A stretch of 64,000 nucleotides of DNA from Candidatus Hadarchaeales archaeon (GCA_038851075.1 JAWCLG010000001.1:32001-96000); one strand, 5' to 3'. Positions 45,489 through 55,926 are shown, counted from the stretch's first letter. Translations and numbers: made by a program. Notes: a model not told the origin generated them from the letters alone.

Positions 45489-47399
45489 ATGGGGCTGAAC
45501 TATGAAAAATTGGGGCTCAGAGCCGGGCTCGAGATACACCAAGAGCTGAGCGGCAGGAAACTGTTCTGCAGATGCCCATCAGAGCTCTCGGAAACAGGAG
45601 TGAAGAGAGTGGTGACAAGAAAACTCCGCCCAGCGCAGAGCGAAATGGGCGAGGTTGACCGGGCCGCGCTATCTGAATCCCTGAAGGGGAAGAAATTCAG
45701 ATATCACGTGTCAGAAAACTCATGTCTGGTGGAGCTCGACTGCGAACCACCACACGATGTGAACGAAGAAGCGCTTGACACCGCGCTGTTGGTTTCGCTC
45801 ATGCTTATCGCAAAGCCCGTTGACGAAATCCACACTATGCGGAAGATAGTGATTGACGGCAGCAATCCATCCGGATTCCAGCGCACGCTCCTCATTGCGA
45901 CCAACGGTCACGCGGAAGTTGACGGAAAACGCTTCAGCATACCTACGATATGTCTGGAGGAGGACGCAGCGCGAAAAATCGGGGAAAGTGAAGAGTCCGT
46001 TGACTATATGCTGGACAGGCTGGGAATACCGCTGATCGAGATAGCTACCGGGCCAGACTTCTCCGACCCTGAAACCGCCGCCAAGGCAGCCCTGTACATA
46101 GGTTCGGTACTCCGCGCCACAGGGAAGGTACGAAGAGGGATAGGAACGATAAGACAGGACATCAATATCTCAATATCGGGCGGGGCCAGGCAGGAGATAA
46201 AGGGAGTGCAGGAGCTCTCGCTGATACCCGAGGTGATAAAAAGAGAGGTCAGTAGACAGATGGCGCTCATCCGGATAAAAGAGGAGCTGGAGAAGCGGGG
46301 GATAAAATCGGCAGGATCGGACATAAGGGACGTCACACACATCTTCCTAAAGTCACGCTCCCGAGTAATACAGAAGGGACTGGAAAAAGGCGGTAAGGTG
46401 CTAGCGGTGCTTCTGCGCGGATTTGGAGGTCTTCTTGGGGTAGAAACACAGCCGGGGAGAAGGTTCGGAACCGAACTATCCGACAGGGCGAGAACATACG
46501 GAAAGGTGGGCGGGATATTCCACACCGATGAAATGCCGGCTTACGGAATAACTCCGGAAGAGATAGAAGACCTGAAAAGGGCACTTTCCTCAGGAGATCA
46601 GGATGCCGTCGTTTTTGTTGTCGCAGAAGAGGAAAGAGCCAGGGCGGCGCTGAGAGCCGTCGTTGAGCGGGCGGAAATAGCCATGCACGGAGTGCCGGAG
46701 GAAACGCGCAGGGCCCTGCCTGACGGAAACACGGAATTCACGCGGCCACTGCCAGGCGCCGGGAGGATGTATCCTGAGACGGATGTACCTCCCTTACCGA
46801 TAAGTTCATCAAGGTTACGGAAACTCTCAAGATTGCTCCCTGAAAAACCGGAGAAAAGACTTGAACGGATGATTAGAGAATACCACATGAGCCGGGAACT
46901 GGCAGGACGGATTTACATATCTGAGAACTTTGAAACATTCGAAAAACTCGTGAGGGAGACTGAGGCAGATCCGACCCTCGTTGCGGTTACTCTCGAGGAG
47001 ACCATGGTCAGCCTTAGAAGGGAAGGGGTGAACACTTCCAAAATTCATGAATCAGGGTTGAGGGACGCTCTGAAAATGGTCAAAAACGGGGATATTGCCA
47101 GAGAGGCGCTACCGGATATTCTCAGGCTGATGGCAGAGGGGCTATCCGCCGAAGATGCTGTCAGAAAACTTAACATTGCTTTAATCGCGAGGGAAGAACT
47201 TGAGAGGATAATATCTGAGACGGTTGAAAGCAAAACTGACCTCATAAAAGAAAGGGGTTCCGGAGCAATGAAACCTCTGATGGGCATAATCATGGAAAAG
47301 GTGCGCGGAAGGGCTGATGGGAGACTGGTAAAAGAAATTCTTGAAAAGGAAATTGAAAAGACTCTGAAGCTACTGGCGGTCCAAAAACAGGGCCAGTGA
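45489..47399 (+). CDS. gatE: Glu-tRNA(Gln) amidotransferase subunit E
   Basis: GLEIHQ, MRKIVIDGSN.SGFQRT, LEEDAAR, RLGIPLIEI, GTIRQD, RPLPGAGRMYPETD. Confidence 0.96.
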   Translation: MGLNYEKLGLRAGLEIHQELSGRKLFCRCPSELSETGVKRVVTRKLRPAQSEMGEVDRAALSESLKGKKFRYHVSENSCLVELDCEPPHDVNEEALDTALLVSLMLIAKPVDEIHTMRKIVIDGSNPSGFQRTLLIATNGHAEVDGKRFSIPTICLEEDAARKIGESEESVDYMLDRLGIPLIEIATGPDFSDPETAAKAALYIGSVLRATGKVRRGIGTIRQDINISISGGARQEIKGVQELSLIPEVIKREVSRQMALIRIKEELEKRGIKSAGSDIRDVTHIFLKSRSRVIQKGLEKGGKVLAVLLRGFGGLLGVETQPGRRFGTELSDRARTYGKVGGIFHTDEMPAYGITPEEIEDLKRALSSGDQDAVVFVVAEEERARAALRAVVERAEIAMHGVPEETRRALPDGNTEFTRPLPGAGRMYPETDVPPLPISSSRLRKLSRLLPEKPEKRLERMIREYHMSRELAGRIYISENFETFEKLVRETEADPTLVAVTLEETMVSLRREGVNTSKIHESGLRDALKMVKNGDIAREALPDILRLMAEGLSAEDAVRKLNIALIAREELERIISETVESKTDLIKERGSGAMKPLMGIIMEKVRGRADGRLVKEILEKEIEKTLKLLAVQKQGQ

Positions 47400-47699
47400 A
47401 AATAGAGAAATTGAAAGGCTTATCGGTAGAGACACGAGCATCGCTCTCGGAGGATTTGTCTGGGCCACCATGCAAGTCGAGATTATAGGTATTGCCAGTG
47501 AAAGCAGGGCGAGCGCCGCTTTGAGGCGCGCAGATATACGGACCTCATGCATCATCGAGTATATCAGCGCGACAAAGCCCAGTGCACCGCAGACCAGAAC
47601 CACCGCATCTGCTCCTTGTGATGTTATCGTGACTGAAAGCGCGGCGGTCGACATAAAAAGTCCCACTGCAAAGACCGCGCAAGTGTAAAATCTCTCCAT
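47370..47699 (-). CDS. Small 4-TM membrane protein
   Basis: Hydrophobic ORF coupled to the ROK gene, with SD GGAGG. Confidence 0.55.
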   Translation of the reverse strand: MERFYTCAVFAVGLFMSTAALSVTITSQGADAVVLVCGALGFVALIYSMMHEVRISARLKAALALLSLAIPIISTCMVAQTNPPRAMLVSLPISLSISLFSLALFLDRQ

Positions 47700-47702
47700 C
47701 GT

Positions 47703-48677
47703 CTATCCTCCCAATATTTCATCCCGATGTAGAACGCTTGCCACTGCACCGTAAAGTCCTATGTCGTCACCCAACGGACTCACCTTTATTCTGGGAATTC
47801 TGTTCCTGGTGTAGTCCCTGACTGTCTTAACTATTGGGTCTATCACAAGGTCCTCATCCCTGAGAACAACGCTTCCTCCCATCGTTATCAGGGAGGGATC
47901 GTACGCATTAATCACGTCCGCCACGCCAATCGCGTTGAACCTGCTTATTTCATCCAGTATCGATTTTGCATGCGGGTCTCCAGCCCTGACGGCTTCAAAG
48001 AAAGCAGGTGCCTCAAAACTTCCACGTTCCATCGATCTTTTGAGATGGCTTCCTTTTGGAATCTGCGGGTTCTCGTCTACTCTCGCCCTGACATACTTCG
48101 GTATGTTCTTTCCCGAGCAGTATGCCTCCCAGTGCCCCGCCTTCCCACACCCGCACTTCATTCTACCATCAGGATCAACGACGACGTGGCCTATCTCTAC
48201 CGCATTTCCGTCTTTACCAAGAAGGAGGTGACCATCAACGATGGCCCCGCCACCTATACCTGTGCCTATGGTTATGTAGACCAGGTTATCGTACCTCTTT
48301 CCTGCGCCGAATTCCCTCTCTCCAAGAACCGCTGCGGTACAGTCATTTAGAAGAGTTACCTGAACACCAAGCCTTGTCCTGATGGGACGGACCAGATTAA
48401 CCTCAGAAAAGGGTATGTTGGTCGGTCGGACCAGCTTTCCGGTCTTTATGTTGAGAGGACCGGTTGACGCTATACCAACGCCGGCGACACTAGAAAGCGA
48501 CACTCGGGCTGATTTGCAGAGTGAGAGAATCCCGCCTATTATCTGATTAACCATGCCCTCTCTGCTGCTAAAGTCCGCGCTCTCCCTGAAACTCGCCATA
48601 AAGTTCCCGTCATCATCGGAAAGCGTACCCCGGATGTTCGTTCCGCCAAGATCTATTCCGACCACCAGCTTTTTCAT
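47703..48677 (-). CDS. ROK family sugar kinase (glucokinase-like)
   Basis: GIDLGGT, LNDC, TIGTGIGGG, EIGH, CGCG..GHWEAYCSG. Confidence 0.92.
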   Translation of the reverse strand: MKKLVVGIDLGGTNIRGTLSDDDGNFMASFRESADFSSREGMVNQIIGGILSLCKSARVSLSSVAGVGIASTGPLNIKTGKLVRPTNIPFSEVNLVRPIRTRLGVQVTLLNDCTAAVLGEREFGAGKRYDNLVYITIGTGIGGGAIVDGHLLLGKDGNAVEIGHVVVDPDGRMKCGCGKAGHWEAYCSGKNIPKYVRARVDENPQIPKGSHLKRSMERGSFEAPAFFEAVRAGDPHAKSILDEISRFNAIGVADVINAYDPSLITMGGSVVLRDEDLVIDPIVKTVRDYTRNRIPRIKVSPLGDDIGLYGAVASVLHRDEILGG

Positions 48678-48767
48678 GCAACTGCCCACAAAACCATCGG
48701 GCTCGTTTTAATTATCCTTTGCGGTAAAGTTAAGAGGACCGCACGAAACGTTTTCTGGGATGATGCG

Positions 48768-50564
48768 ATGTGCGGCATCGTCGGATACATCGGGGGAAGG
48801 AGAGCCGCCCCGGTGCTGCTCAAATCTCTGAAAAGACTTGAGTACAGAGGATACGATTCCGCAGGAATGGCCACTCTATCAGGAAAGATACAGGTGAAGA
48901 AGGACAGGGGGAGAATTGACGAAATTCATGCAAAGCTCAATTTTGAAGATATGGAAGGAAATCTTGGAATCTCGCACTCGCGCTGGGCGACTCACGGTGC
49001 ACCATCAATGGAAAATGCCCATCCACACACGGATAACGCGGGGAAAATCGCTGTCGTCCACAACGGGATTATCGAGAACTATATTGAGCTCAAAAAATAT
49101 CTGACGAAGCACGGCTACAATTTCAGGTCCCAGACTGACACAGAAGTGATCCCCAACCTCATATCTCATTTTATGGCAAAAGGGCTCACGCTTGAGGAAA
49201 GTGTGAGAAGAACGTGCGAGAGGCTCCGCGGGAGTTACGCGCTCGGGATCATATGCGCAGAAACTCCGGAAAAGCTGATAGGTGTCAGAAAAGAGAGTCC
49301 GCTCGTTGTTGGAGCGGGTAAGGGGGAGATGTTCATCGCATCCGACATTCCGGCCCTGCTTGATCACGCGCGCAAGTTCATACCTCTCGAGGACGGAGAG
49401 ATGGCGGTCCTCACTGCAGAGGGCTACAGAATTTTTGATATGAAAAGTGGCAGAGCTGTTAAAAGATACCCGATGACCGTCAGCTGGACCGCTGAGATGG
49501 CCGAAAAACATGGATTTCCGCACTTTACAGTAAAGGAGATCTACGAGCAGCCTACGGCGATAAGAGAAACCCTGAGGGATCCATCCGGCGCGAAAAAACT
49601 GGCCGGCATGATGCTGAGGTCGAGAAGGACCTATTTCGTTGCATGCGGTACTTCATATCACGCCGCGCTTGTTGGAAAATATGCGCTGGCAAAGCTGGCT
49701 GACGTTCCGGTTGAAGCGGTGATATCATCTGAATTTAAGGAAAGCTGCAGACCCGGAAGAGGAGACCTCCTTCTGGCGATAACACAGTCCGGGGAAACCG
49801 CGGACACTCTGAGCGCCGTGAGATTCGCCAAGGAAAACGGAGCACGTATCGCATGCCTTACCAACGTGGTGGGCAGCTCAATAACACGCGAGAGCGATGC
49901 CGTATGCTACACCCACGCCGGTCCTGAAGTCAGCGTGGTTGCCACAAAGACGTTTTCGGCTCAGACAGCATTTTTGCTTCATCTCTCAGCAGAGGCTGCT
50001 CGCCTCAAGGGACTCAGAAAGGAAGCCGACGCTCTCACGGCGGGGCTCAAGAAGGTACCCAATCTTGTCGGGAAGACCATCAACTCCTGCGAGAACAGAG
50101 TCAGGAGAATGGCGGAAAAACACTGCGGAGCTGACCATATATATCTCATTGGAAGAGGAATCGGTTATCCCATCGTTATGGAGGGCGCTCTCAAGCTCAA
50201 GGAGATAACATATATACATTCGGAAGCCATGCCTGCGGGCGAGCTGAAACACGGCACTCTCGCGCTAATAGACAGGGGCACCCCAGTCATCGCCGTGGTT
50301 CCACCTGGAGAAAATCGAACCAGGATGATTAACAATATTGAAGAGGTGAAGGCCCGCGGGGCTACGGTTATAGCGATATCCGGAGGGGATGACGATATAA
50401 AGGAGCATATAGACGAGTCAATACTCATACCGCCAACTGAAGAGCTATTCAGCCCGTTCCTCTACATCATACCGCTGCAGTTGCTCGCATACCATATGAC
50501 AGTGAAACGCGGTCAGGACCCGGATCGTCCCAGATCGCTGGCGAAATCTGTCACGGTGGAGTGA
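48768..50564 (+). CDS. glmS: Glutamine--fructose-6-phosphate transaminase
   Basis: MCGIVG, LEYRGYDSAG, HSRWATHG, HNGIIEN, QSGETAD, GELKHG, PRSLAKSVTVE. Confidence 0.97.
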   Translation: MCGIVGYIGGRRAAPVLLKSLKRLEYRGYDSAGMATLSGKIQVKKDRGRIDEIHAKLNFEDMEGNLGISHSRWATHGAPSMENAHPHTDNAGKIAVVHNGIIENYIELKKYLTKHGYNFRSQTDTEVIPNLISHFMAKGLTLEESVRRTCERLRGSYALGIICAETPEKLIGVRKESPLVVGAGKGEMFIASDIPALLDHARKFIPLEDGEMAVLTAEGYRIFDMKSGRAVKRYPMTVSWTAEMAEKHGFPHFTVKEIYEQPTAIRETLRDPSGAKKLAGMMLRSRRTYFVACGTSYHAALVGKYALAKLADVPVEAVISSEFKESCRPGRGDLLLAITQSGETADTLSAVRFAKENGARIACLTNVVGSSITRESDAVCYTHAGPEVSVVATKTFSAQTAFLLHLSAEAARLKGLRKEADALTAGLKKVPNLVGKTINSCENRVRRMAEKHCGADHIYLIGRGIGYPIVMEGALKLKEITYIHSEAMPAGELKHGTLALIDRGTPVIAVVPPGENRTRMINNIEEVKARGATVIAISGGDDDIKEHIDESILIPPTEELFSPFLYIIPLQLLAYHMTVKRGQDPDRPRSLAKSVTVE

Positions 50565-51510
50565 CGCCCACAAACCGTCCCCTTTTCATCAACACTTTTC
50601 CATCCACTTTAACCGTTGGCTTTCTGAAAATCCCATCTATATGGATGCCGGCCTTAACTCTGCCACCAAAAGAGGAGTTATCTCCAAGCGCCACATGACA
50701 GGTGCCCAGAACCTTCTCGTCCTCAAGAACGTTCCCAATCAGGCGAGCACTTGGATTTGTTCCGATACCGAACTCTGCAAGGTTGGTTGAGCTGGGACCA
50801 GCGCTTCTTAGCATCTTAACTATTTTCTCGGCGGGTTTTCCGGAAAACCCGGTCGCGCGGCCTCCTCTTATCTCAATTTCAACCTTCCCCAGATTTCCTC
50901 CGGCCATTGAGCCATCTATCACAACACGTCCCCAGCCGGTCCCCTCAACCGGGGCAAATGCCACTTCCCCCGCCGGCAGGTTGCCAAACTCCCCTGGATT
51001 GTGATAAATTCCGGTGTCGATGTATGCCCTGCGACCCCTGATGCTGAATAGCAGATCGGTTCCCGCATCGGTGGTAACCTCGATCTCTTCTCCGCCCTCA
51101 AGCTTTGCAGCAAGTCTTTTTGTCAGCCTGCTCACCTTTCTGTAGTCCGCCAGCATCGCTCCGCGCTTCATCATGTCCTCGGTGATCATTGGCATTGTGG
51201 CGATTCTGGCTCCGGATTTCGTCGCTTCCCTCCTTGCACGTGTGTGGGTGAGAGAGAAAGTGGTAGGCGCTATCACGACGTCGTATTTTCTCATGGCGTA
51301 GGACACAACACCCGGTGGCTCATCACCGTGCCTCCTCGTGACTCCCATGCATATCATGAGGCACCTTGCACCACTCTCCAGTGCGGCCATCTGAATTGCC
51401 CTGCCGATCTCTGCTCTGGGTGGGTCGGTAACCACCAGGACCTTCTCTCCCTTTCTGACACCCATGCAGGTGCCGATTACCTTCCTCGCACCCTCCATCA
51501 GGTCGCTCAT
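50551..51510 (-). CDS. M29-like (aminopeptidase T-type) metallopeptidase
   Basis: GNLPAGEV, EFGIGTNP, LEDEK..GT.H.ALG, HIDG. Confidence 0.85.
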   Translation of the reverse strand: MSDLMEGARKVIGTCMGVRKGEKVLVVTDPPRAEIGRAIQMAALESGARCLMICMGVTRRHGDEPPGVVSYAMRKYDVVIAPTTFSLTHTRARREATKSGARIATMPMITEDMMKRGAMLADYRKVSRLTKRLAAKLEGGEEIEVTTDAGTDLLFSIRGRRAYIDTGIYHNPGEFGNLPAGEVAFAPVEGTGWGRVVIDGSMAGGNLGKVEIEIRGGRATGFSGKPAEKIVKMLRSAGPSSTNLAEFGIGTNPSARLIGNVLEDEKVLGTCHVALGDNSSFGGRVKAGIHIDGIFRKPTVKVDGKVLMKRGRFVGVTPP

Positions 51511-51821
51511 AAAAGCCCGCTCTTGTAAAGCTCGTCCCTGAATGACACCATGACTTCCCTCACGCTACCCTCATCGGGTGCGTGTATTTCAACATACCCG
51601 GTGGGAAACAGAAGCAGGTAGCAGCTGCGTCTCAGATGAAACTTCGCCACGGTTTTCTTTGACGTTGTGATCTTCTGAACCTTGGGGACCCTGGCAAACA
51701 CCTCCCTTATGTCCAGCTGTTCGCGCATCTTGGTGACCGCCCGCACAGATTTCATCTTTGGGGGCTCGAAGACATCGTAAAGCTTCGGCATCTCACTTAC
51801 GGAGGGTTCACCTTCTCTCAG
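51507..51821 (-). CDS. Single-repeat TBP-fold protein ('half-TBP')
   Basis: KSVRAVTKMREQLDIREV...P...FHL..CYLLLFPTGYVEIHA...V......L...G aligns by eye with one TBP repeat (ENIVAS....QLDLEKV...P...HL...ALLIFSSGKLVVTGA...L..IG). Start is CTG 51821 or ATG 51791. Confidence 0.6.
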   Translation of the reverse strand: MREGEPSVSEMPKLYDVFEPPKMKSVRAVTKMREQLDIREVFARVPKVQKITTSKKTVAKFHLRRSCYLLLFPTGYVEIHAPDEGSVREVMVSFRDELYKSGLL

Positions 51822-51857
51822 AACGCCACCCAAAAAAAATATGCGACGTTACTTAAA

Positions 51858-52064
51858 TTATACTCTCTTCGCAGCCAGCCTTATATCAACATCTCTGACT
51901 GTCCTTCTGCCGGCATGTTCCGCAAGCTTCGCTGCCTCAACAGCTATCTGAACCCCTTTCTCCTCGAGCACCTCTGCGAGCGCTATCGCCGCGCTTTCGC
52001 TGACCCTCTTTGCGCCTCCCTTCCGGATAACACGCTCTATGGCCGCAACAGGTAGTTCAACCAT
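51858..52064 (-). CDS. Archaeal histone (HMf family)
   Basis: MVELPVAAIERVIRKGGAKRVS...A..LA.HAGRRTV...DI.LA; SD GGAGGAG. Confidence 0.96.
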   Translation of the reverse strand: MVELPVAAIERVIRKGGAKRVSESAAIALAEVLEEKGVQIAVEAAKLAEHAGRRTVRDVDIRLAAKRV

Positions 52065-52265
52065 TATTTCTCCTCCTGACATTCCAAGATTACTTTTAAC
52101 TAATTTTTCTTATTAGAACCTGTATTTAATCTTAACGTTTCAGAAAAGTTTTGTCAGAGCCCCGCTCATCAAAAATAAATGCTCAAGACGCTGGGTTTAG
52201 GTTTATCTCTCCGAAAACGGCTTAACCGAAAAAATAAATGTATGGATGATTCGAGGGGTGAGTCA

Positions 52266-54107
52266 ATGGTAAACGATCCCTGGTCTGAGGTCAAGGATAA
52301 TATAACCTCCTGCATCGAGGCAGCCATGAAAAAACTTGGATGGTCAGCTCCGAGACCGGTGAGAGAAACGCTGGAGGAACCGCCAACTCCTGATCTTGGT
52401 GACGTCGCTTCCACCGTTTGTTTTGACCTTGCGAGGACGCTGCGCATGAGCCCGCAGGAGATATCTGCCAGGCTTTCTAAACAGGTTGAAAAATCTGAAC
52501 TTGTGTCAGATGTGAAGGCGGCTGGCGGATACGTGAATTTCTTTCTTAATTTTTCCAGACTGGCTGAGATAACTATAAAATCTGTTGAAAAGGCGGGGGT
52601 CCGCTACGGCTGTTGCGAGCCCACAGGCAAAAAGGTGGTTGTGGAGCACACCAGCATAAATCCGACCAAGCCCCTGCACATTGGGCACGGAAGAAACGCT
52701 GTGATCGGAGACACGATAGTGAGGGTGATGAAAGCTCTAGGACACAGGGTGGAGGTCCACAACTACGTGGATGATATGGGCAGGCAGATGGCCGAGACCG
52801 TCCTGGCGTACAAGATCATTAAGAAAAAACCAAGGGCAAAGTTCGATCACCTGCTGGGGCTGATATACGCCGAAATGCACCGGCAACTGGAGGCTGACCT
52901 GAACCTGAATAACAGGGTTAACGAAATTCTTGAGGAACTCGAAAATGGAAAGGGCAGGTGGAGCAGTGAAGCGCGGAGAATAGCCGAGAGATGCGTGGAC
53001 GCGAACCTGAAGACCGCCAGCAGACTTAACGTAGGATATGATCTGCTGGTATGGGAAAGCGACCTTGTGAGGTCCGGTGTCATTGAAGAGGTAATCGAAA
53101 AACTGAAAAAAACAGGCAGGCTTGTCGAAGGAACCGGAGATAACGCGGGGGCGATGCTGATCAGGCTTAACGACCTCGGCATCGAGGATAAAATACTGAT
53201 CAGATCTGACAGAACAACTGTTTACACGGCACGGGATATTGCATATCAGCTCTGGAAGTTCGGGAAGACGAGAAGAAAACCCAGGTTCAAAATTCACTCT
53301 AGAAAAGCAGGCAGGACCATTTTCACGACATCTCCGAACGGCAGAACGATCAGTAAATTCGGGATGGGCGATATTGTGATAAACGTGATAGGCGCTGAGC
53401 AGAGATTTCCCCAGCAGGTCGTGACCGCGGCGCTGAAGGTGCTCGGGCACGATGAGGAGTCAAAAAGATCAATGCATCTGGCATATGAGCACGTCTGGCT
53501 TCCCACCGGAAAGTTCTCCGGAAGAAAGGGTACCTGGGTAGGATTTTCGGTGGACGACGTCATCGAGGAGGCCGTGGCGAGGGCGATGTCTGAGGTGGAG
53601 AAGCACAGCCCAGAATCAGACCGAACCTTCAAGAAAAAAATCGCAGAGATGGTTGGGGTCGGAGCGATAAGATTCTCACTTCTGAGCACATCGCCTGAAA
53701 AGAAGATAACATTTAGATGGGAGGACGCGCTCAACTTTGAGAGAAACAGCGGGCCTGCGGTACAGTATTCCCACGCCAGGGCACGCAGCATCCTTAAGAA
53801 AGCCGGAAAGTTTGGGGCTATAAAAAATTACAGGCTGAGTCTCCCCGAGGAGAAAAGACTGGTGAAGCTGATCGCCAGATTTCCAGAGGTTGTCCGTATG
53901 GCTGGAGATATGCTAGCACCTCACCTCCTGGCCCTTTACGCTTCCGACCTCGCCATTTCCTTTAACAAGTTTTACGAGGTGGCTCCCGTAATATCAGCTG
54001 AAACTGACGAAATAAGATTGTCGAGATTGCACCTCGTTAAATGTGTTGCAATAACCCTGAAAAACGCGATAAATCTTCTTGGAATAGAAGCCCCGGAACG
54101 CATGTGA
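52266..54107 (+). CDS. argS: Arginine--tRNA ligase
   Basis: EHTSINPTKPLHIGHGRN, YVDD.G.Q, FSGRKG, QYSHAR, LLGIEAPERM; GGTGA-N4-ATG at 52266. Confidence 0.96.
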   Translation: MVNDPWSEVKDNITSCIEAAMKKLGWSAPRPVRETLEEPPTPDLGDVASTVCFDLARTLRMSPQEISARLSKQVEKSELVSDVKAAGGYVNFFLNFSRLAEITIKSVEKAGVRYGCCEPTGKKVVVEHTSINPTKPLHIGHGRNAVIGDTIVRVMKALGHRVEVHNYVDDMGRQMAETVLAYKIIKKKPRAKFDHLLGLIYAEMHRQLEADLNLNNRVNEILEELENGKGRWSSEARRIAERCVDANLKTASRLNVGYDLLVWESDLVRSGVIEEVIEKLKKTGRLVEGTGDNAGAMLIRLNDLGIEDKILIRSDRTTVYTARDIAYQLWKFGKTRRKPRFKIHSRKAGRTIFTTSPNGRTISKFGMGDIVINVIGAEQRFPQQVVTAALKVLGHDEESKRSMHLAYEHVWLPTGKFSGRKGTWVGFSVDDVIEEAVARAMSEVEKHSPESDRTFKKKIAEMVGVGAIRFSLLSTSPEKKITFRWEDALNFERNSGPAVQYSHARARSILKKAGKFGAIKNYRLSLPEEKRLVKLIARFPEVVRMAGDMLAPHLLALYASDLAISFNKFYEVAPVISAETDEIRLSRLHLVKCVAITLKNAINLLGIEAPERM

Positions 54108-54109
54108 GG

Positions 54110-55078
54110 TCAAAAATCTCTTCTCAAGCGTTCCAAATCCTCCGGTCCTTCCATCGGCTCCGTAGCGTAAAGCTCCCTTCTCCTTGCTTCCAAAAGCAAG
54201 GGTTTCTTTCCAAGAAGACCTGCTGCCGTTACGACGCGATGACCGTGCCTGAGCGCCTCGTCCTCTGCAGATTTCATGAAATCCTGGTAGTCCAAGGACC
54301 TCAGCAGATGGTGATCAAATACCGTTAAAGGCACGTGCCTGGCTATCCTCTCCATGTTACTCCTCGCAGACTCAAGATCTGCTTCATCAATACGGTATCC
54401 TTTAAGATAAAGCGGAGGACCGCCAATAATCAGCATTTCAGGCTTCTCCTCGAGGATGAAAGACATCGGCTTTTCATCGATGGGTCCCTGTACATCCGAA
54501 GCATGGACAATAGCCGTATCTCCGAATTTCAGGCTTAACATTATGACGCTCCCGAGCTGTGATCCCCCAGGACCATGAAAAACCGGATCCGAAAAACGCA
54601 ACACAGCTCTTCCGAACTCGAACCTTTTCCCATCAGCGGACTCTATCTCGCGAACAATGCTCGAGGCGAACCTGAGAAACTGTGCTCCCCTCTTCCTCTG
54701 GCTCAAGTTAATTCCGGACTCTATGTCCTTCGCAAGAACTATTTTTCCGCGGTAGACGCGCTCGGCAATTCTCTTAGAACTCCATACCCAAGTCCAGTCC
54801 TCAAAATCTGGAACATAGTGGTCGTAGTGGTAGTGGCTTATGGTTATCACGTCAGCCTGCCTAGCTGCTTCCAGTATCTCCTCGCGGGAGCCTGCCAGAG
54901 CCACATATTCTCTCCTGTGAGGCATCAGATTATACCTCGGTCCAAGAGCTGATCCCGGATCAACGAGCACGGATACATCATCTGTCCTGATGAGCGTTGC
55001 CATCCCCCTCACTCCGAAGCTCTCAAAGGCGATTGGGGCGACTTTCACCTCCCCATTGCCTATCTCAATCCAGTTCAT
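54110..55078 (-). CDS. UPF0282 family MBL-fold protein
   Basis: ES.GVR.MAT, DPG.ALGPRY, SHYHYDH, HASDVQGP, GGPP.YL, DHHLLR, LLEARR. Confidence 0.88.
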   Translation of the reverse strand: MNWIEIGNGEVKVAPIAFESFGVRGMATLIRTDDVSVLVDPGSALGPRYNLMPHRREYVALAGSREEILEAARQADVITISHYHYDHYVPDFEDWTWVWSSKRIAERVYRGKIVLAKDIESGINLSQRKRGAQFLRFASSIVREIESADGKRFEFGRAVLRFSDPVFHGPGGSQLGSVIMLSLKFGDTAIVHASDVQGPIDEKPMSFILEEKPEMLIIGGPPLYLKGYRIDEADLESARSNMERIARHVPLTVFDHHLLRSLDYQDFMKSAEDEALRHGHRVVTAAGLLGKKPLLLEARRRELYATEPMEGPEDLERLRRDF

Positions 55079-55183
55079 GCCGCCACCATGCGATACTGGC
55101 GCTGCTGTTTAAAACCGGCTATGTTCTGGTACCGAAGCACGAGATTCCGACAGAGTTAAAATATACCCGGACTACTATCAAAG

Positions 55184-55912
55184 ATGACCGAAATAAAGGT
55201 AATCAGCAGACCTAAGCTGAAAAATCCTGTGATGCTGGCCGGACTCCCGGGAATAGGCAACATCGGGAAGGTTTCAGTTGAGTACCTGATATACAAGCTC
55301 GGGGGCAAAGTATTCGCAGAGCTTTATTCTGAGTACATGCCTGAGTGGACCGTCTTGGAGAACGGGGTGCTGAGGACCCTCAAGATAAACTTCTCGTATG
55401 CTAGGCCAAAGGGATCCGAAAGGGATATCATATTCATAACATCTGACGCCCAGGCAAATGCGCCACTCGGCCAGTACGTTGTGACCGGAGAGGTGCTTGA
55501 TTTCGCCAAAAAGATGGGAGTGGACACTGTCGGAGCCATGGCTGCTTATGTCGTCCCTGCTAAGGGTCAATACGCCAGAGTGGTTGGAGCTGCGTCCGAT
55601 CCAGAAACCAAAAAAATGCTGGAGCGCTCTGGTGTGAGGCTACTGGACGGAGGGACCATTGTTGGGATGAACGGACTCCTACCCGCACTCGCCCCGATGT
55701 ACGGCATGAAAGGTTTCTGCCTGCTGGGAACAACCAAAGGTGAGATCATAGACATCAACGCAAGCAAGGCGGTGCTGACCGTGCTGAGTTCAATGCTCAA
55801 CTTCGAACTGGACGTGAGTGAGCTGATACAGTACTCGGATCTGTCAAAGTTAACCATGCAGATACCAAAACAGGCGGCTGCCCCGGAAGAAGAACTCGGA
55901 TACATAAGGTAA
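55184..55912 (+). CDS. PAC2 family proteasome assembly chaperone-like protein (Pba type)
   Basis: GLPGIGNIGK, GTIVGMNGLL, CLLG.T, C-terminal LGYIR. Confidence 0.85.
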   Translation: MTEIKVISRPKLKNPVMLAGLPGIGNIGKVSVEYLIYKLGGKVFAELYSEYMPEWTVLENGVLRTLKINFSYARPKGSERDIIFITSDAQANAPLGQYVVTGEVLDFAKKMGVDTVGAMAAYVVPAKGQYARVVGAASDPETKKMLERSGVRLLDGGTIVGMNGLLPALAPMYGMKGFCLLGTTKGEIIDINASKAVLTVLSSMLNFELDVSELIQYSDLSKLTMQIPKQAAAPEEELGYIR

Positions 55913-55926
55913 ACGGGTGGAGAAGA

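Noticed and set aside
52179-52265. N-terminal extension of argS
   Set aside because: Runs through the AT-rich promoter; the SD supports ATG 52266.
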